In this document: in pieces, positions 13,935-28,689 of the stretch
How positions within the stretch are numbered: the stretch's first letter is position 1
Layout of the letters: each line of letters begins with the position of its first letter
Assembly: GCF_009914755.1 (NCBI RefSeq)
Contig: NC_060935.1
DNA from: the human T2T-CHM13v2.0 reference genome, Homo sapiens
Direction: 5' to 3' (one strand)
DNA length: 64,000 bases
Translations under genes and position numbers: made by a program
The notes under the pieces: generated by a model
Database searches by the model: none
Told to the model about the DNA's origin: nothing
Seen by the model: only the letters and a program-made list of their open reading frames with translations

Positions 13935-14922
13935 GAATAACTCACTTCCCAACTCTACCAAAACTGAATAATGAAATCTGGATGCCTTCCTATTCTGAAG
14001 TATTTCTTACCTAGATACAGCTCTAGCCATGAAGGGTTTTTGGAAGAAATGCATCTCTAAGCTTTCCACAATATGAGTGTATATATTCCAGGTAGACCCT
14101 ATTAAGGTGCTGTTAATTTTTTACCACTGTGCTTTTTAAAAACAACCTTAGATTCTAAAACACAACTAATCTCTCCTGTAGCAAATGATTTCAAAAACAT
14201 TAATAAGATTTCTTTATCAGTTTTTAGCAGCATAGTATCCTCAGTAAAGTGCGTAAATGTGTGCTTATTAATAATACACATTACCCAAAATTATTTATAG
14301 CTATTCTCCAGGATGATGGGTAGAGTAGACAGAAAATACTTGGCACAGCAGTAGGAAATAAATGTGTCCAGATAGATCCTTTTTCAACCTTTTTCCAGAC
14401 TAGGCTAACAAATTCTCAAAGAGAGATCCAAAAAGATCAAATTATTTCCAAAAAACTCAACAGTGCTCACAAATAGCACTCAAAAATGTTTTTAAAAATA
14501 CATTTGCAGTAAAAAAATTCACTATGTCTGTAATACAATAAAAAATTACCAAGAGAGTAAAGAAGTACAAAAAAATGCCCATAAAGAGAAAAAAATAATC
14601 AATACAAATTAAAACAGGATAGACAGAGACGCTAGAATTAGCAGATCAGGACATTACAACATTTGAAATAACCATATTTTTTATATTCAGATAAAGTATG
14701 TAGAGATCTGGTAGATGTAAAAAGAAAAATTTGTATAAGAGACATACAACCTACAACTTCTTAAATGAGGACAACATTGATGGGGATTACAGGCTGATTA
14801 GATTTGCATCATGTTACATTACAAAGTGTGAAGAAAAGGAAGGGGAAAAAGTTAAACTACAGCTATAGCAATATTCATCATAATCTATTAGGTTGGTGCA
14901 AAAAGTAATTGCGGTTTTGCCA

Positions 14923-15625
14923 TTTTTTTTTCTTTTTTTTCTTTTTTTTTTTTTTTTTTTTGAGAGAGTCTCACTCTCTCGCCCAGGCTGGTGTGCAGTG
15001 GCGCGATCTCCACTCACCGCAACCTTCGCCTCCTGGGTTCAAGCGATTTCTCCTGCCACAGCCTCCCAAGCAGCTGGGACTACAGGCACCCACCACCATG
15101 CCCAGCTAAGAAAATGTGGCACATATACACCATGGAATACTATGCAGCCATAAAAAATGATGAGTTCATGTCCTTTGTAGGGACATGGATGAAATTGGAA
15201 ATCATCATTCTCAGTAAACTATCGCAAGAACAAAAAACCAAACACTGCATATTCTCACTCATAGGTGGGAATTGAACTATGAGAACACATGGACACAGGA
15301 AGGGGAATATCACACTCTGGGGACTGTGGTGGGGTCGGGGAAGGGGGGAGGGATAGCATTGGGAGATATACCTAATGCTAGATGACGAGTTAGTGGGTGC
15401 AGCGCACCAGGATGGCACATGTATACATATGTAACTAACCTGCACAATGTGCACATGTACCCTAAAACTTAAAGTATAATTAAAAAAAAAAAATTTTGTA
15501 TTTTTAGCAGAGATGGGTTTTTGCCGTATCAGCCAATCTGGTCTCGAACTCCTGACCTTAGGTGATCCACCTGCGTCAGCCTCCCTAAGTGCTTGAATTA
15601 GAGGTGTGAGCCACCGTGCATGGCC
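14923..15625 (-). mobile_element. AluS interrupted at its central linker by L1
   Basis: Right arm 14923-15108, left arm 15494-15625. Confidence 0.9.
15108..15493 (+). mobile_element. 5'-truncated L1PA2-like 3' end
   Basis: GCTAGATGACGAGTTAGTGGG...AACTAACCTGCACAATGTG...CTAAAACTTAAAGTATAAT plus poly(A). It carries GAG, not ACA/ACG, at the L1HS diagnostic site. Confidence 0.88.
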
Positions 15626-16003
15626 TGCGTTTACTTTCAATGGTAAAAACCACAATTACTTATGCCCCACTCTAATAATTGCTTAAAATCAGTGACAAAA
15701 AAATGAAAGAATAAAATAAAGGAAGGAAAAAGGAAGAAAGGGACGGAGGGTGGGAGGGTGGGAGGGAAAGGAAAACAGACATAATGTTCAGAAAAAAAGA
15801 AAAAAATGTCAATTAATTTTTTGTCAGGTATAGTGCAAGTGACTAGGAATGGAAAACATCTCTGAAGTAATAATAAAGAAAAATATTGTCAATCTGAGTT
15901 CTATACCCAAGGAAAATCTTTCCAAAACAATACATTTTTTCAAAGAAAAATAAAGTCCTTATTCAAACTCAAAAAAGCTGAAAAAAATCAGACTCACATT
16001 GCA

Positions 16004-16018
16004 ATACATACACACAAA

Positions 16019-16055
<37 letters not shown>
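16004..16055. repeat. (CA)n microsatellite
   Basis: Direct reading. Confidence 0.92.
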
Positions 16056-16057
<2 letters not shown>

Positions 16058-17199
16058 AAGAGCACCAGAAATTGTAATTGCATAGATAAATATGTAAGAT
16101 TTTTAATTCACACAACACTTTTTAAAACTAAGCCTTAGTTTCTAAGTCTTTGATTACCAATTCATAGCATCCAAACTGCCTATAAAGTTCTGTGAACTTT
16201 TATCCTCTTTTTACTAGTAAGTATAAAGAATAAAGTTTGTTTCTATTTGTGTCTATGTGAAACACTTCTTCCATTGCACAATATCAAAGATAAATAATAT
16301 TAATATCCTGTGTCACTGCAAGTAGATTATGCAAATATACAAATAAGTAAGTATAACAATATAAGTTTTCTGTCTTAATATAGAAATATCCAAGACATTT
16401 CTGTTGGAGGTTATCTGGAGGAAGTCACCGAAACCCTGATCTTTTATATTGCCACTGTTTTGTTGGAAAAGGTCAGTTGAATTGGTTAGTATGGGATGCA
16501 ATTAAATAACTTTTGACAATCTAATGCATATTTACGGTAATGTACTCTGTGATTTTCCATCTTCTGAAATACTAATCAATTTAAGCATTTTCTCCAATGT
16601 TTAATGGTTCTCTTTACTTCATGTTTAATAGAATAAATAGAATGAATAACCTGTTCATTCCTTGGGCCATTTATAATAGAATAATTTACATTTATGTTAC
16701 TGAGGGGCAGGATTATTAAATGCATAGCTTTTATATTTTATATAATAACATTATACAAAACACGCATTTTGGCAATGCCTTCAAAAATATTTTCTGAAAT
16801 AGAGGGGGTCTTGTGCCATGAGATTTAAAAAATATTCTTTCCTTACACTAGAGATGAATGCATCAGGTCACGTACCATTTTATAAATATAGAACAGATTG
16901 ATTTGATTCCTTCTAATTGATTTGTTATAGAGACATTCCTAGAGAGAAAATGCATCTCATAATTATTCCATGATTAATTATATCTTTCAATTATCAACTA
17001 TGTAGTATTGCTAATTTTAAAATGACATTGTGGACACAAATTTCCAACTCTGAACCTGACTCATATATTTTTACATTTATTCTTATGTTATCTTGCAGGT
17101 CAAACCATTTTTTGTGTTTGATTACCCATTAAAAGAATATTAGAAAAACAAACTATCACTGTACAGAGGATATCAAGGAATCAGTACTTTAAAATTTTA

Positions 17200-17600
17200 T
17201 CTTTAATAGACACATAATTTTACATATTTGTAGGGTAGATAGTGATGTTTTGATACATATGATGCATAGCAATCAGATCAGAGTATTTAGCACATTATCT
17301 CAAACATTTATCATTTCTTTTTTTTTTTTTAGGGAACCTGCAATATCCTCATTCTAGCTATTTGAAAGTATATATTACTATTAATTATAATCATCTTGCA
17401 ATGCTATAGAACATTACAACTTATACCTCCCATCTACCTATAATTTTGTATTTTAAATTGTATTTATTTTCTCTTTTAGTATTCATTATATTTAATTATA
17501 TTTAATTTTGTACCTTTCCCTATACCCTCTGCCTTTTACCATTCCTTAGCCACTAGTATCCTCTGTTTTACTTTTTAATTCCATGAGATCACTTTTTTTT
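17200..17600 (-). mobile_element. Old L1MA-type 3' fragment
   Basis: Antisense L1MA 3'UTR-like motifs (TACATATTTGTAGGGTA...TGTTTTGATACAT). Confidence 0.55.
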
Positions 17601-18179
17601 AGTTAAGCAAGTGACTGGTTGTGAGTATATGTAGATGTTGTTCATATTTATAGAGAGTACAATAGATTATGCAGTGTTTTGTTGAACTATATTCTCTCCC
17701 TTGTCATATTGAAAATATTGCCACAATATATGTAATATACATATATCCTTGTGCATTTTTAGGGAAATTTCCATACTAATGATATTATAGGTTTAAAATA
17801 TATGTACACTTAAAAATTGATAAGTACCTCTCAATGTTACTCTCAAATAGTTTCTTTCTAAGGATAACTAATAGTGACTAACTGGCCAACAAATATCTTT
17901 GAAATTCTGAGATGACTGCATTAATTAGAATGAGTATCTGAATTAGGATTAGGTTGGACCTTAATGATAAAAATGTGGGAGTGTCTGTTATTAATTAGCA
18001 CACAGATTTATTGAGGGGTGTTGTTATTCACACCTTCAGAAGTCACATCCTTGACATATTGAAAGCAAGACCCACCAATTTCTTCAAACGCCAAAGTAAA
18101 TGTCGCTTTACTATAATTTTCCCCTGCATTTTCCCCCCTACATATCAAATACCTAAGCCAATTTGTCTTGGAATCTGTA

Positions 18180-19262
18180 GGATTTTGTTTGTTTCTTTGC
18201 TTGTGTTTTACTTTTTTTTTTTTTTAATTATACTTTAAGTTCTGGGATACATGTGCAGAAAGTGCAGATTTGTTGCCTAGGTATACATGTGCCTTGGTGG
18301 TTTGCTGCACCCATCAACCTGTCATCTACATTAGGTATTTCTCCTAATGCTATCCCTCCCCTATCCCCCAACCCCCAGATAGGCCCTGGTGTGTGATGTT
18401 CCCCTCCCTGTGTCCATGTGTTCTCATTGTTCAACTCCCACTTATGAGTGAGAACATGCGACGTTTGTTTTCCTGTTCTTGTGTTAGTTTGCTGAGAATG
18501 ATGGTTTCCAGCTTCATCCATGTCCTTGCAAAGGACATGAACTCATCCTTTTTTTTTTTTTTTTTTTTCTGTGAAGGAGTCTGACTCTGTCGCCCAGGCT
18601 AGAGTGCAGTGGCGCTATCTTGGCTCACTGAAAGCCCCAACCCTGGGTTCACACCATTCTCCTGCCTCAGCCTCCCAAGTAGCTGGGACTACAGGTGACC
18701 GCCAACATGCCCAGCTAATTTTTTTTTTTTTTGTATTTTTAGTAGAGTCAGGGTTTCACCGTGTTAGCCAGGATGGTCTCCATTTCCTGTCCTCGTGATC
18801 CACCCTGCCTCGGCCTCCCAAAGTGCTGAGATTACAGGCGTGAGCCTGGCACCCAGCCAAACTCATCTTTTTTTTATGGCTGCATAGTATTCCATGGTGT
18901 ATATGTGCCACATTTTCCTTATCCTGTCTATCACTGATGGACATTTGGGTTGGTTCCAAGTCTTTGCTATGGTGAACAGTGCTGCAATAAACATACGTGT
19001 GCATGTGTCTTTATAGTAAAATGATTTATTATCCTTTGAGTATATACCTAGTAGTGGGATTGCTGGGTCAAACGGTATTTCTGGTTCTAGATCCTTGAGG
19101 AATTGCCACAATTGTTTCCCGACTTTTTCATGATCGCCATTCTAACTGGCATGAGATGGTATCTCATTGTGGCTTTGATTTGCATTTCTCTACTGATCAA
19201 TGATTATGACCTTTTTTTCATATGTTTGATGGCTGCATAAATGTCTTCCTTTGAGAAATGTA
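18180..19262 (-). mobile_element. 5'-truncated L1PA (about PA7-PA8) with an internal ~90-bp deletion and an Alu insertion
   Basis: ORF2 C-terminal and 3'UTR sequence. TSD TGGAATCTGTA at 18169-18179 and 19263-19273. Confidence 0.85.
18549..18858 (-). mobile_element. AluY/Sc inserted in L1
   Basis: TSD AACTCATC(C/T)TTT on both sides. Confidence 0.9.
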
Positions 19263-20377
19263 TGGAATCTGTAATTTTTGCTTTTGTTTTCATTATTTTT
19301 TAATCTGTCTGGCATGCCAGTTCACATGCCAGCTCCCTTCATCCCTCCTTCCTTCCCTCACTATGGCCTCTATTTCTTTCCTAATACCACCAACAGGTCA
19401 TTCTTCAAAGTTACACTTTTCAGGGAGAGTCCTGTAAAATAATCTATTTACAAACGTTTAACCTGGGATGTATGACCTTGGTTCAATATTGTCTTTTGGA
19501 AACTCACAACAAATACCACTATTCTCCAAGTACAAGTTTCTGTATCCACAGCTAATTTCAATACCTACCACGCCATCCCAGCTTGCTCTGTCCAAACCTG
19601 GTAAAGTTCTTAATTTTCTGACCCCCTTTTCTATCCAAATGAAAACAGATTCCAGATTCCGAAACTTTTATAATAGGGGACTGAGGGATCTGGAGACTGC
19701 AAGACTGAAGGACCATAGATGTGCTGGAGTCACCGCTGGCATCGGGCTTCAAGAGAAGCACAAGGCACTTGCATAGTCTCCAGAGGCTTTGATGTTTTCT
19801 GCGTGGCTTTCTTCTGAGCCTCCTGTCTCCTATGCTGCTGCAACACTTCAGTTTGGCTGTAGACTTTACCACCACCTGTGGCTTTGGTTCCATCTTTTTT
19901 TCTAAAATTACGTTGAAGGAAGAAGTTTTAAAAAATGGTTTTCACAGACTTTTTAAGAGAAGGGAAATTCGTTGAAAGCATTGAAGATTTACCTACCTGG
20001 AGACTCTTAACAACACGTAGGAGTACACTATTTCTAGAGCCATATGAGTTAGCTTTCCGATAAGAGGGAACTATCTCAGAGGCAAGGATGGTTTCAGACA
20101 ATTTAAACACAGCGTCTCTACTTATTTGCTTACGGAATCTGAAGGTTTCATTAACTCCAGATCTGACTCAAAAGCTGTTTATCCTTTGCAAAGAATGGCA
20201 CATAGTCAGGATGGACCAAATTTGTCATGAAAGACAATGCACAATTACTGATGTTTTATTACCAAGACTCCCAATTTGAAGGTAACATTGAAGAAAACAT
20301 AGATGATAATAAAATGACTTTGATAAACCAGTAGTTTTTCTGAATCCAGCATTTGTGAGAATATTGAAGATAAGAAC

Positions 20378-20644
20378 CAGCCGCGTTTGGTGGCTCACAT
20401 TTGCCATGCCAGCACTTTGGGAGGCCAAGGCATATTGCTTGAGGTCAGGAGTTTGGGACCAGCCTGGCCAACATGGTGAAATCCTGTGGTCTCGATTAAA
20501 AATACAAAAATTAGCCAGGCGTTGCTGTAATCCCAGCAACTCAGGAGGCTGAGAATCTCTTGAACCCGGGAGGTGGAGATTGCAGTGAGCCCATGTCAGG
20601 CATCTGTATTTCCAGCCTGGGGGATAGAGGGAGTCACAGTCTCA

Positions 20645-20675
<31 letters not shown>

Positions 20676-20680
20676 TAATC
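20378..20680 (+). mobile_element. Alu (S-type, diverged)
   Basis: Alu dimer with (TAAA)n tail. Confidence 0.85.
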
Positions 20681-22191
20681 TATGCTAGAAGCAAAAAAAA
20701 AAAAAAAAGAAGAAGAATTTGTTCAGCTAAAAATTATTTGCATCAAAACAAACTTCTTCAAAGCTTTTCCAGTCTAAGTTTACATTTTATGATGCTACTT
20801 TGGAATGCATGCAAGGGCCATTGAAACCAAGAACTATAATTGAGCATATATGTCAGTTAGACAGTACAGTTCACTCTTACAACTAATATATTTTACACAT
20901 TTACAAAAATCAGCAATTTTTAGTAACTGATGATCCAGACCATATTTTGTATTATTTGCTTTGCATAAAGGGTCTACAGTACACAAATCCACAAAGATCT
21001 AAAGTACAAAAGGGATTGTGAGTCGAGTGGGTGGGGAAGGTGCAATGAATAGAGAGTAATGATAAAGAGTTTTGGGTTTCATTTCGGGGTATACAAAATG
21101 TCCAGGAATCAGACAGTTATGGTTTTTCACAACTCTTTATTAAAGTAAAATTTAAGAAACAAATGTATAATGTCAATGTGGTTATCCCATTTCATACCCA
21201 GATAATAATTTTGTTTCCTCAAGTTACAGTGAACTCAAAGATGCTCATACATTGTCCTATTGTCTCACATGAGAAGGTCTCGAGATTAGAAGATTTTTCA
21301 GGCAAGAAAGCTCACTAAGAAATCATAATGAAACCTGACTTTCATGGGGAACCAAAACAAAAGAAAGGTGTCAAAAGGGAAGAAAAAGAGGTAGGGAAAA
21401 AGCTGTATATGAGGGAACCTTTTGAAGCATCATAAAAGCTCGCAACTGTGTTGTCATAATCCAGAAAGACCCCAACCCGACCCAAAGGTCTCTGCACATA
21501 GTGAGTTAAGGGAAAAAAAATGTTGGAGAGGCTATAAAGGTTGTTTCTCTTTGAAGAAAATAGAAAAAATCCTTCCTCAAAAGCCGGAACGTGATTTGTG
21601 TTTGCTGTCCTGGAATCTTTACAGACTCCCAGAATCCAGTTGGGGGAGTGGGTTACATCCACTTCCCAGTTATGCCTGCCGGAGGAGAAGGCCTGAGCTC
21701 CCCATGCTGCAAAGTTCTCTGCTCTCTGGGACTCCCCGGGTGCACCATCATGGTCATCTCCAAATATCACATTTCTCACATCCTCAGAAAGGCTCATATA
21801 GTGATTCGCCTTTTCCTTACTCAGAGGATCATCCGCTGCAAGAAGAACAAAAATCAGATCAAGGAGTTACATGGGGGTCAGATGTTATCTGCCCAGGTAC
21901 TGGCTTTATTTGTACCTCCTGTAAGTGACAGAATACAGGGAGCAAAAAGACTTTGGAGACTGTCATCTATGAAGATCAAGGGTTATTATGACTTCTACAG
22001 CACAGGAGAATACTTAAAATCACACAGAAAAACAAATAAACAAACATCATTAATTGCGTGAATCAATGATTTAATGTCTGGCTTTGCATGATTTGTTTCA
22101 AGAGATATGTAACATTCTTTATTTAGTAGAAAATGCCACTTGCATTGTTTGTATTCAATATAATTAACAAATAGACTTCACTCTGCTATGA

Positions 22192-22513
<322 letters not shown>

Positions 22514-23891
22514 TCACTTCCTTCATTTTTAAACATCAAAATTTGATGGACTTCCATACATGTGCACTTTAGAAGTTTCTGAAAATAATGATCATGTTCT
22601 GCTTTTACATGACCTGGTCAGCCACTACTTCATTCAGTCTAATCCTGGTTTTAGCCTTCTGTTGTCTAATGGCTGCTTTACCTGTTTGGACCATTTTCAC
22701 AGAACCCTCAGCTTCCAGTTGTTGCAAAATGTATCTTACAGCAGTAAAGTTGTTCTGTTTATGGAAGTTTTAGTTATTTGATTGGTCAAAGCTTTCTAAT
22801 TTTTATGATAAATATTATTTCTACAATATATGATAAATTCACAGAAATTAAAACTAAAATGGGAAATGGCTCAACCAAGGAATCCACTAAACAGAAGTTG
22901 AGGCTGTACTGCCAAGCAGCTGGCTCTTACCTCTGAATTTGTTGAGCTTATCTAACACTCCAGTGATGTGCCAGGAAGTGAGTTCTGGGTTCACTGGCTG
23001 GGGCTTTTCCATTTGCACCAACTCTGTCCTGCAAAGAACAACCTCAGTTACACTTTCAGGCCCAGGCATAATCACACAGTCATACAAATATTTCAGATTT
23101 TCATCCAAGATATTTCTTGAGAAATCTCCCTTTTTTGTTAAATTCAGTATACATTTTATTCAACTGTATTGAGGATATAGCAATGTTACTTTTATCTAAA
23201 TTTAACATGTTAAAGTCCAATTTCTCCATTCTCTCATACATGATCCTAATTTAAAAGTACTGAGTGTCATTTCCTCCCTCTCCCCCTCCGGCCTCTTCAA
23301 AGTATACAGATATCCTGGGATTCTTGCTGAGAGAAGAAAACTCAGCCAAAGCCTTTGGGACCTCAGTTGGTAGTTGTCATCAGTGATGCAGTCAGGGTCT
23401 TACAGGGAATGCCCACTGACACTAAAGGTTTTGAACTTTTGTTCAAACCAAAGGAGTCTACTTTCAGCCTGTCAGCTCTGGCGCTGAGGATCCTGAGGCA
23501 GCCATTCCCCTCTTAGATTCTGCCTACAACAGCGGAATGCAGAGATGGAGCAGGGCCTGGCTATTGATATCCCTGGGAGCAAATCCTCCCTCCCTTTCCT
23601 GTGCTTAGGGCATTTCCCTCCTTCCTCTCTTTTTCACCTCTTGCCTCTCCAGAATAGGAGACTCCTTTGTGATAACTCAGAGTAATCTTCTTAAGATTTG
23701 CTGCGGCAGGGCTGGAGAAGATGGGGTGAGTGGGTAGAAGAAAATCCAGAATGGCACACTGTTTTTAGATACAAATTCATTCAGCCAGATAAGAAGGAAA
23801 CTTCTGAGACAAAGAAGCTTAAGGTCTCAGGTTCTCCTTTGAAACCAAAATGGAACATAGCCACAGATCAATGCTAAATACCTCAAAACAT

Positions 23892-24410
23892 GTAGTTGAC
23901 CCTTAAGCAACAAGGGTTTGAAATTTGGGGGTCCACTTATAAGTGGATTTTTTTCAATGGAAGTTTCACCTAGCTTGCCTGCCTCTCCTGCCTGCCACTC
24001 CATTTCTTTTGTTTCTGCCTCTGCCACTGCTGAGACACTGTCTTCTCTTCCTCCTCCTCTTCAGCCTACTCAATGTGAAGACATTGAAGATGAAGAACCT
24101 TATGGTGATCAACTTCTTAATGAGTAATAAATATATTTTCTCTTCCTTATAATTTTCTATATTATATTTTTTTCTCCAGTTTACTTTATTGTTAGGATAC
24201 AGCATATAATACATATAACATACAATATATGTTAATCGACTGTTTACGGTATCAACAGGCTTCCAGTCAATAAGAGGTCATTCGTAGTTTGGTTTTGGAA
24301 AAGTCAGAAGTTATACTTGGGTTTTCAACTATGTGGAATTGCATGAAGGTGGTTAATGAACTTAATCCCCACCTTTTTCAATGGTACATTGACTTTCAAG
24401 GGTACATTGT
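23892..24410 (+). mobile_element. Tigger2a/MER28-like DNA transposon
   Basis: TAGTTGACCCTTAAGCAACAAGGGTTTGAA...GGTCCACTTATAAGTGGATTTTT; CCTCCTCTTCAGCCTACTCAATGTGAAGAC. The terminal segment is tandemly duplicated. Confidence 0.75.
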
Positions 24411-27400
24411 CTTTATCAATAAGGGAATGACTTTCTCAGCAATCAAAGTTCATTAGTGTAACTCACCATTCCAGTATGTTTTCCAAGTCCTGCAAAGAAA
24501 AACACAAGTACTTAATCATGAGAATTCTGTCCTACTTTCCCTAGTATTCTTTGTTGTTTTTCTGGGTTAACAAGGTAGGTTTATTGATACACCTCTAAGG
24601 AACCACCCAAGGCTGTGTTAATAACAGAACCTCAACTGAACCATGGTGGTCTTCCTCAGTGGGCATTAGGAATGAAGGAGCTGAGATTAAGACTATGGAG
24701 TGATGTACACGGCTATCTAGTTCTCAGTGTCACTCATCTCCCAGGCTTAATCCCAAGAAGTGAGGATGTACTAGGGAACTTAAATTGAGTTTTATTAACA
24801 AAGCTAATATTCTCCTGGCCTAGCATTTGGTTTATTTTGGATAACATTTCTTTGTGGCTAGTACTCCTGATTATACTGAAGAGGATTTTTGTCCTATGTG
24901 ATCTATCAAAATGGCAAAAATCTCCCCAAAGATTACCAGAATGTGCAAAAATAAGTCACTGGACAAATGCAATGGCAGAGTCAAGGAGCATGTGTCACTT
25001 ATCTAAGAGTAGTTACATTTGCAGGTAGCATATGAATGTCCTGGCAGCATTGCCCAACAAAGTCTTCCTGACTCTGGATGATGGACCCTCCCTCCTCACC
25101 TGGTGCAGCTTCACATCGGGCATGTGGCACATCTCCCACAGCTCTCTGTACATGTTTTTCATCTTTTTTATATGTTGAGTTATTCTTACTTCACTGTTTT
25201 GGAGTTGTCGAAAAATCTCTTCTGCTTCTCTGTCCATTGTCTCCAGATGGCGTTGCTCCTCCTCCAGGAGAAATTGGCGCAACTTTTGATATTGATATCT
25301 GATCATCCCTTTCCTGAGGGCCACATAGTCCTGCAGAGATACTCAGTTAAAAGAATTGCATCTCCTCACTCTCAACAAAACACTTAACACTTCAACTGTT
25401 ATTCTCCTAGGATATGCAAGCAGTAAACTCATAAGCTCTGCGTCTCATACTTGAAAAGGTTCTTGAAGATTTGCTAGTCTCCTCTACCCATCCTTTCTTC
25501 ATGTCCCTCCTAGTCTCCCTTCCTGTATAAATCAGTACCTCAAAAGGACTCAAGATCCCTGCCTGTGATGCTTCTACAGGATTCTTACTTCATTAATTAT
25601 TGTCTTTTTTACCTGGTTCTTCTTAATTTTCTCTTGTTCCTTTGCCTGATTCTTCTAAACATTTTTAAATATTTCGGTATACACTCTACCACCGAGTTTT
25701 TAAAGAAATTACTTCAGGTTTTTTTTTCCCCACTAATTTCTCTATTTCTCTCCTCACCTTCACAGCAAAACTTTAAACTACTCGATGTGAATACAATGCT
25801 TTAAACAACTCAATGCTATCCTATTCTCAGTGCCTTGGAAGTTTTATCTAAACCCTCAAGGTTACATCAGGAATAACTATCATGCCCTGTTTATTTCATA
25901 TACATGTACGTACTAGTATTTTTTGCACCAGCTCCTGTTGGCCTGTATAATGATAATTGCTGATATATCATTTGAAATCCCTGTTTTGTTTTTTTCTGGG
26001 AAGAGGACACTGCTATTTTTTAACTGGTAAGCAGAATTCAGCTAAGAAGTCTAAGCTAGCATTGTGCCAATCTACATTAAAAATATAAAACCTTTTTATC
26101 CCTACCGTTAATGAATGGATTTTGCTAATTTCCTGATTTAGATTGTTTTGCATTTCTTGAGTTCTCCTCCATAAAGGATCCATTTTCTTCAGAAGTTTCT
26201 CCTGCAAAATAGACATGACCTTTAGTAGCAGATAAGATGTTACTGGATATGTTATTCCCTTTTTATGAGAAAAGCCTGTTGTTGACAGAATGGTAAATTT
26301 GAGTTCCCCTGAAGTGGTCGGAGTTTTTACAAGTTAACCTAATTTGATTCTAATATGTGGAATATCAGAGGTAACAGAAACATATAGTAGAGAGTTTGAG
26401 GGGACCCAACAGCTAATCAATTTTTTAAGAAATTGGATTTCATATATCCTGGCTCTGGAGAAGTCAAGCTTGCAGCAAAAGCAAACCTTGTTCCTAGGAC
26501 ACATTTATATCTAGAGATTTATATTGAAAATTCAGAACCTCACCATCTCCATTCTCTCCACCTTTATTATCATAAGCTCTCATTTTCTCTCTTATTTAGG
26601 ATCATGTGGATTCCCAGTTGCATTGGAGGTGTCACTTACCCTGCACTCCTCAGCAGCCCATCATATTGGGCTGTGGCCATAAGCCTCATGCTCTGGTGAC
26701 TCAGAGCAGGGCCCACAGAGGAGTCTCTCCTCTGCCTCACAGAAGAGCCCCTTTTCCTCTTCATGTAGCACACAGATCTGCTTCTCTGAGCTGTTGATGT
26801 TGTGAGGTCTGCGCTGCCTTGCAAGAGAAGCCAACTTCTTGAGAACAATATTTGTGTTGAAGTCAGTCTTCTAGGGGATTTTCCCACACACAGGACAGAC
26901 CGCTGGAGCTTGGCCTTCCTCCCAGCATAGATAAAGGCAGGGCCTGCAAAAGCTATGCCCACAGTCAATGGTGACTGCGTCCATTAAGTAGTTCCTGCAG
27001 ATAAAGCAACAGAGCTCCCTCTGGAAGGTTTGCAGTGTGTCTGAATCCATGTTTCTGGAAATTTAAAACAGAAAAATTTAAGTGAGAATATTATGTTTTG
27101 ACCACATGGAGGGGGAAGGGCCCGTGGCTAGTTCTTGTCTGCTTCAGCTCTGTTCAATCTACCTGTTAACTTAAGCCCAGTACAGACCTAGATGTGGTAA
27201 ATACAGGCAAGCTGGGTTTATACTATAACACAAGTGGAAAAATGAGACAAGCATCATTTTAGTTTAAAACAAGCAATGTTCTCAATTATAAGTTATTTGG
27301 GCAAGCTTAATATTGGGGTAGAGGGGAACAATTAGGATAACTTCACAGTTACTTCTATTAGCTGATTGTTCCAGAAACCCATACAAACCCATCTCCCTCT

Positions 27401-28064
27401 CTCTCTCTCTCTCTTTCTTTTCCTCCATGACCCCTTGAGTGGAACTTATACAGGGATACTTAGTCTCACTCTCTGGCACCCAAGTAACAGATGTACCTTT
27501 CTAAAGACAATTAAAAATTGGTTAAGTTTAATCTAAGTGTGTTTAGTTTAATCATTATGGGCTTCAACACTCAACTCCTGTAACTATAAACAGCTGAACT
27601 TATGCTTCTAATGTTAATCTCAAAATTCAACCTTTACATAAATACAATGAAAAATTGTTATTTCTTATTCAAGACAATGTTTTTGCTCAGAATGAGTTCA
27701 GACCATCAGAGTATCTTCATATTTTGAAATGGTGACTACGCAAGCTATGAAAGTACTCAGCAACAATTAATCAGTTTTTACTTAAACCAAAAAAGAAAGT
27801 AAACACTCAAATTTTTTCTTTAAAGAATCCAGAGGTGTAATTAATGGAAGCATGACCACCAATTTATCTTTATTCCCTGTGTTTCTCCACAGTGATCGAA
27901 GTCCCTACTTCCTGGGAGTCTTTACCAGTTGATGGGATCTATTTGAACACTTTTCAAATCCAGTCTGCTCATTGAAGATTTGAAAAGGACTACAAACATG
28001 ACCTTTACAACAAGGGTTTTCCAATTAATCCCACACATTTAACACTTACACTGACGACATGTAG

Positions 28065-28688
28065 TATACTACAAAGCTACAGTAAGCAAAGCAGCATGGT
28101 ACTGGTGTCAAAGTAGACAAGTAAACCAGTGGAACAGATCAGAGAACTCAGATACTGTTACACCTCTCTACAGCCAACTGAATTTTGACAAAGGTAGCAA
28201 CAGTATTTACTGGGGAAAGGACAGTCTTTTCAATCAACACTGCTGGCAAAACTGGATATTTACATGCAGGGAATAAAATTATACCCTCACGTCTCATCCA
28301 ATGCCAAAATCAACTCAAAATAGATTGAAAACTTTAATGTAAAACCTGAAAGAACAAATCTACTAGAAGAAAACATAGGAGAAATGCTCCAGAACATTAA
28401 TCAGAGAAAAAATTGTATGAATAAAATCACAAAAGCCTAGTCCACAAAAGCAAAAATCAACAGCTGGAATTATATTAAACTGCAAAGCTTCTGCACAGCA
28501 AAGGCAACAATCAATGCAGTGAAAAGACAACTGACAGAATGAGAAAAAATATTTACCAACTATTCACTGGACAGGAGATTGATACCCTGAATATACAAGG
28601 AAATCAAATAACTCAATAGCAAATTAAAAAGAAAAAAAAACCCAAACAACCCAATTAAAAAACGGGCAAATGATCTGAACAGACAATT
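28065..28688 (+). mobile_element. Old L1 ORF2 fragment
   Basis: TATACTACAAAGCTACAGTAAGCAAAGCAGCATGGTACTGG...AAAGCTTCTGCACAGCAAAGG...CTGAACAGACA. Confidence 0.8.
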
Positions 28689-28689
28689 A

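Larger units (their letters stand above)
14888..15675. mobile_element. MADE1 (Hsmar1 MITE) split by an AluS, which is itself split by an L1
   Basis: Left half TTAGGTTGGTGCAAAAAGTAATTGCGGTTTTGCCA (14888-14922), right half TTACTTTCAATGGTAAAAACCACAATTACTTATGCCCCACTCTAA (to 15675), with TA flanks. Confidence 0.88.

Noticed and set aside
14011-14098. Exon-like segment with AG and GTAAGA sites on minus
   Set aside because: No recognisable protein in any frame, so the sites may be chance.
19558-20340. Non-repeat, mRNA-like stretch with a 111-aa minus ORF
   Set aside because: No recognisable homology in the frames I read. A BLASTX/BLASTN search is needed.
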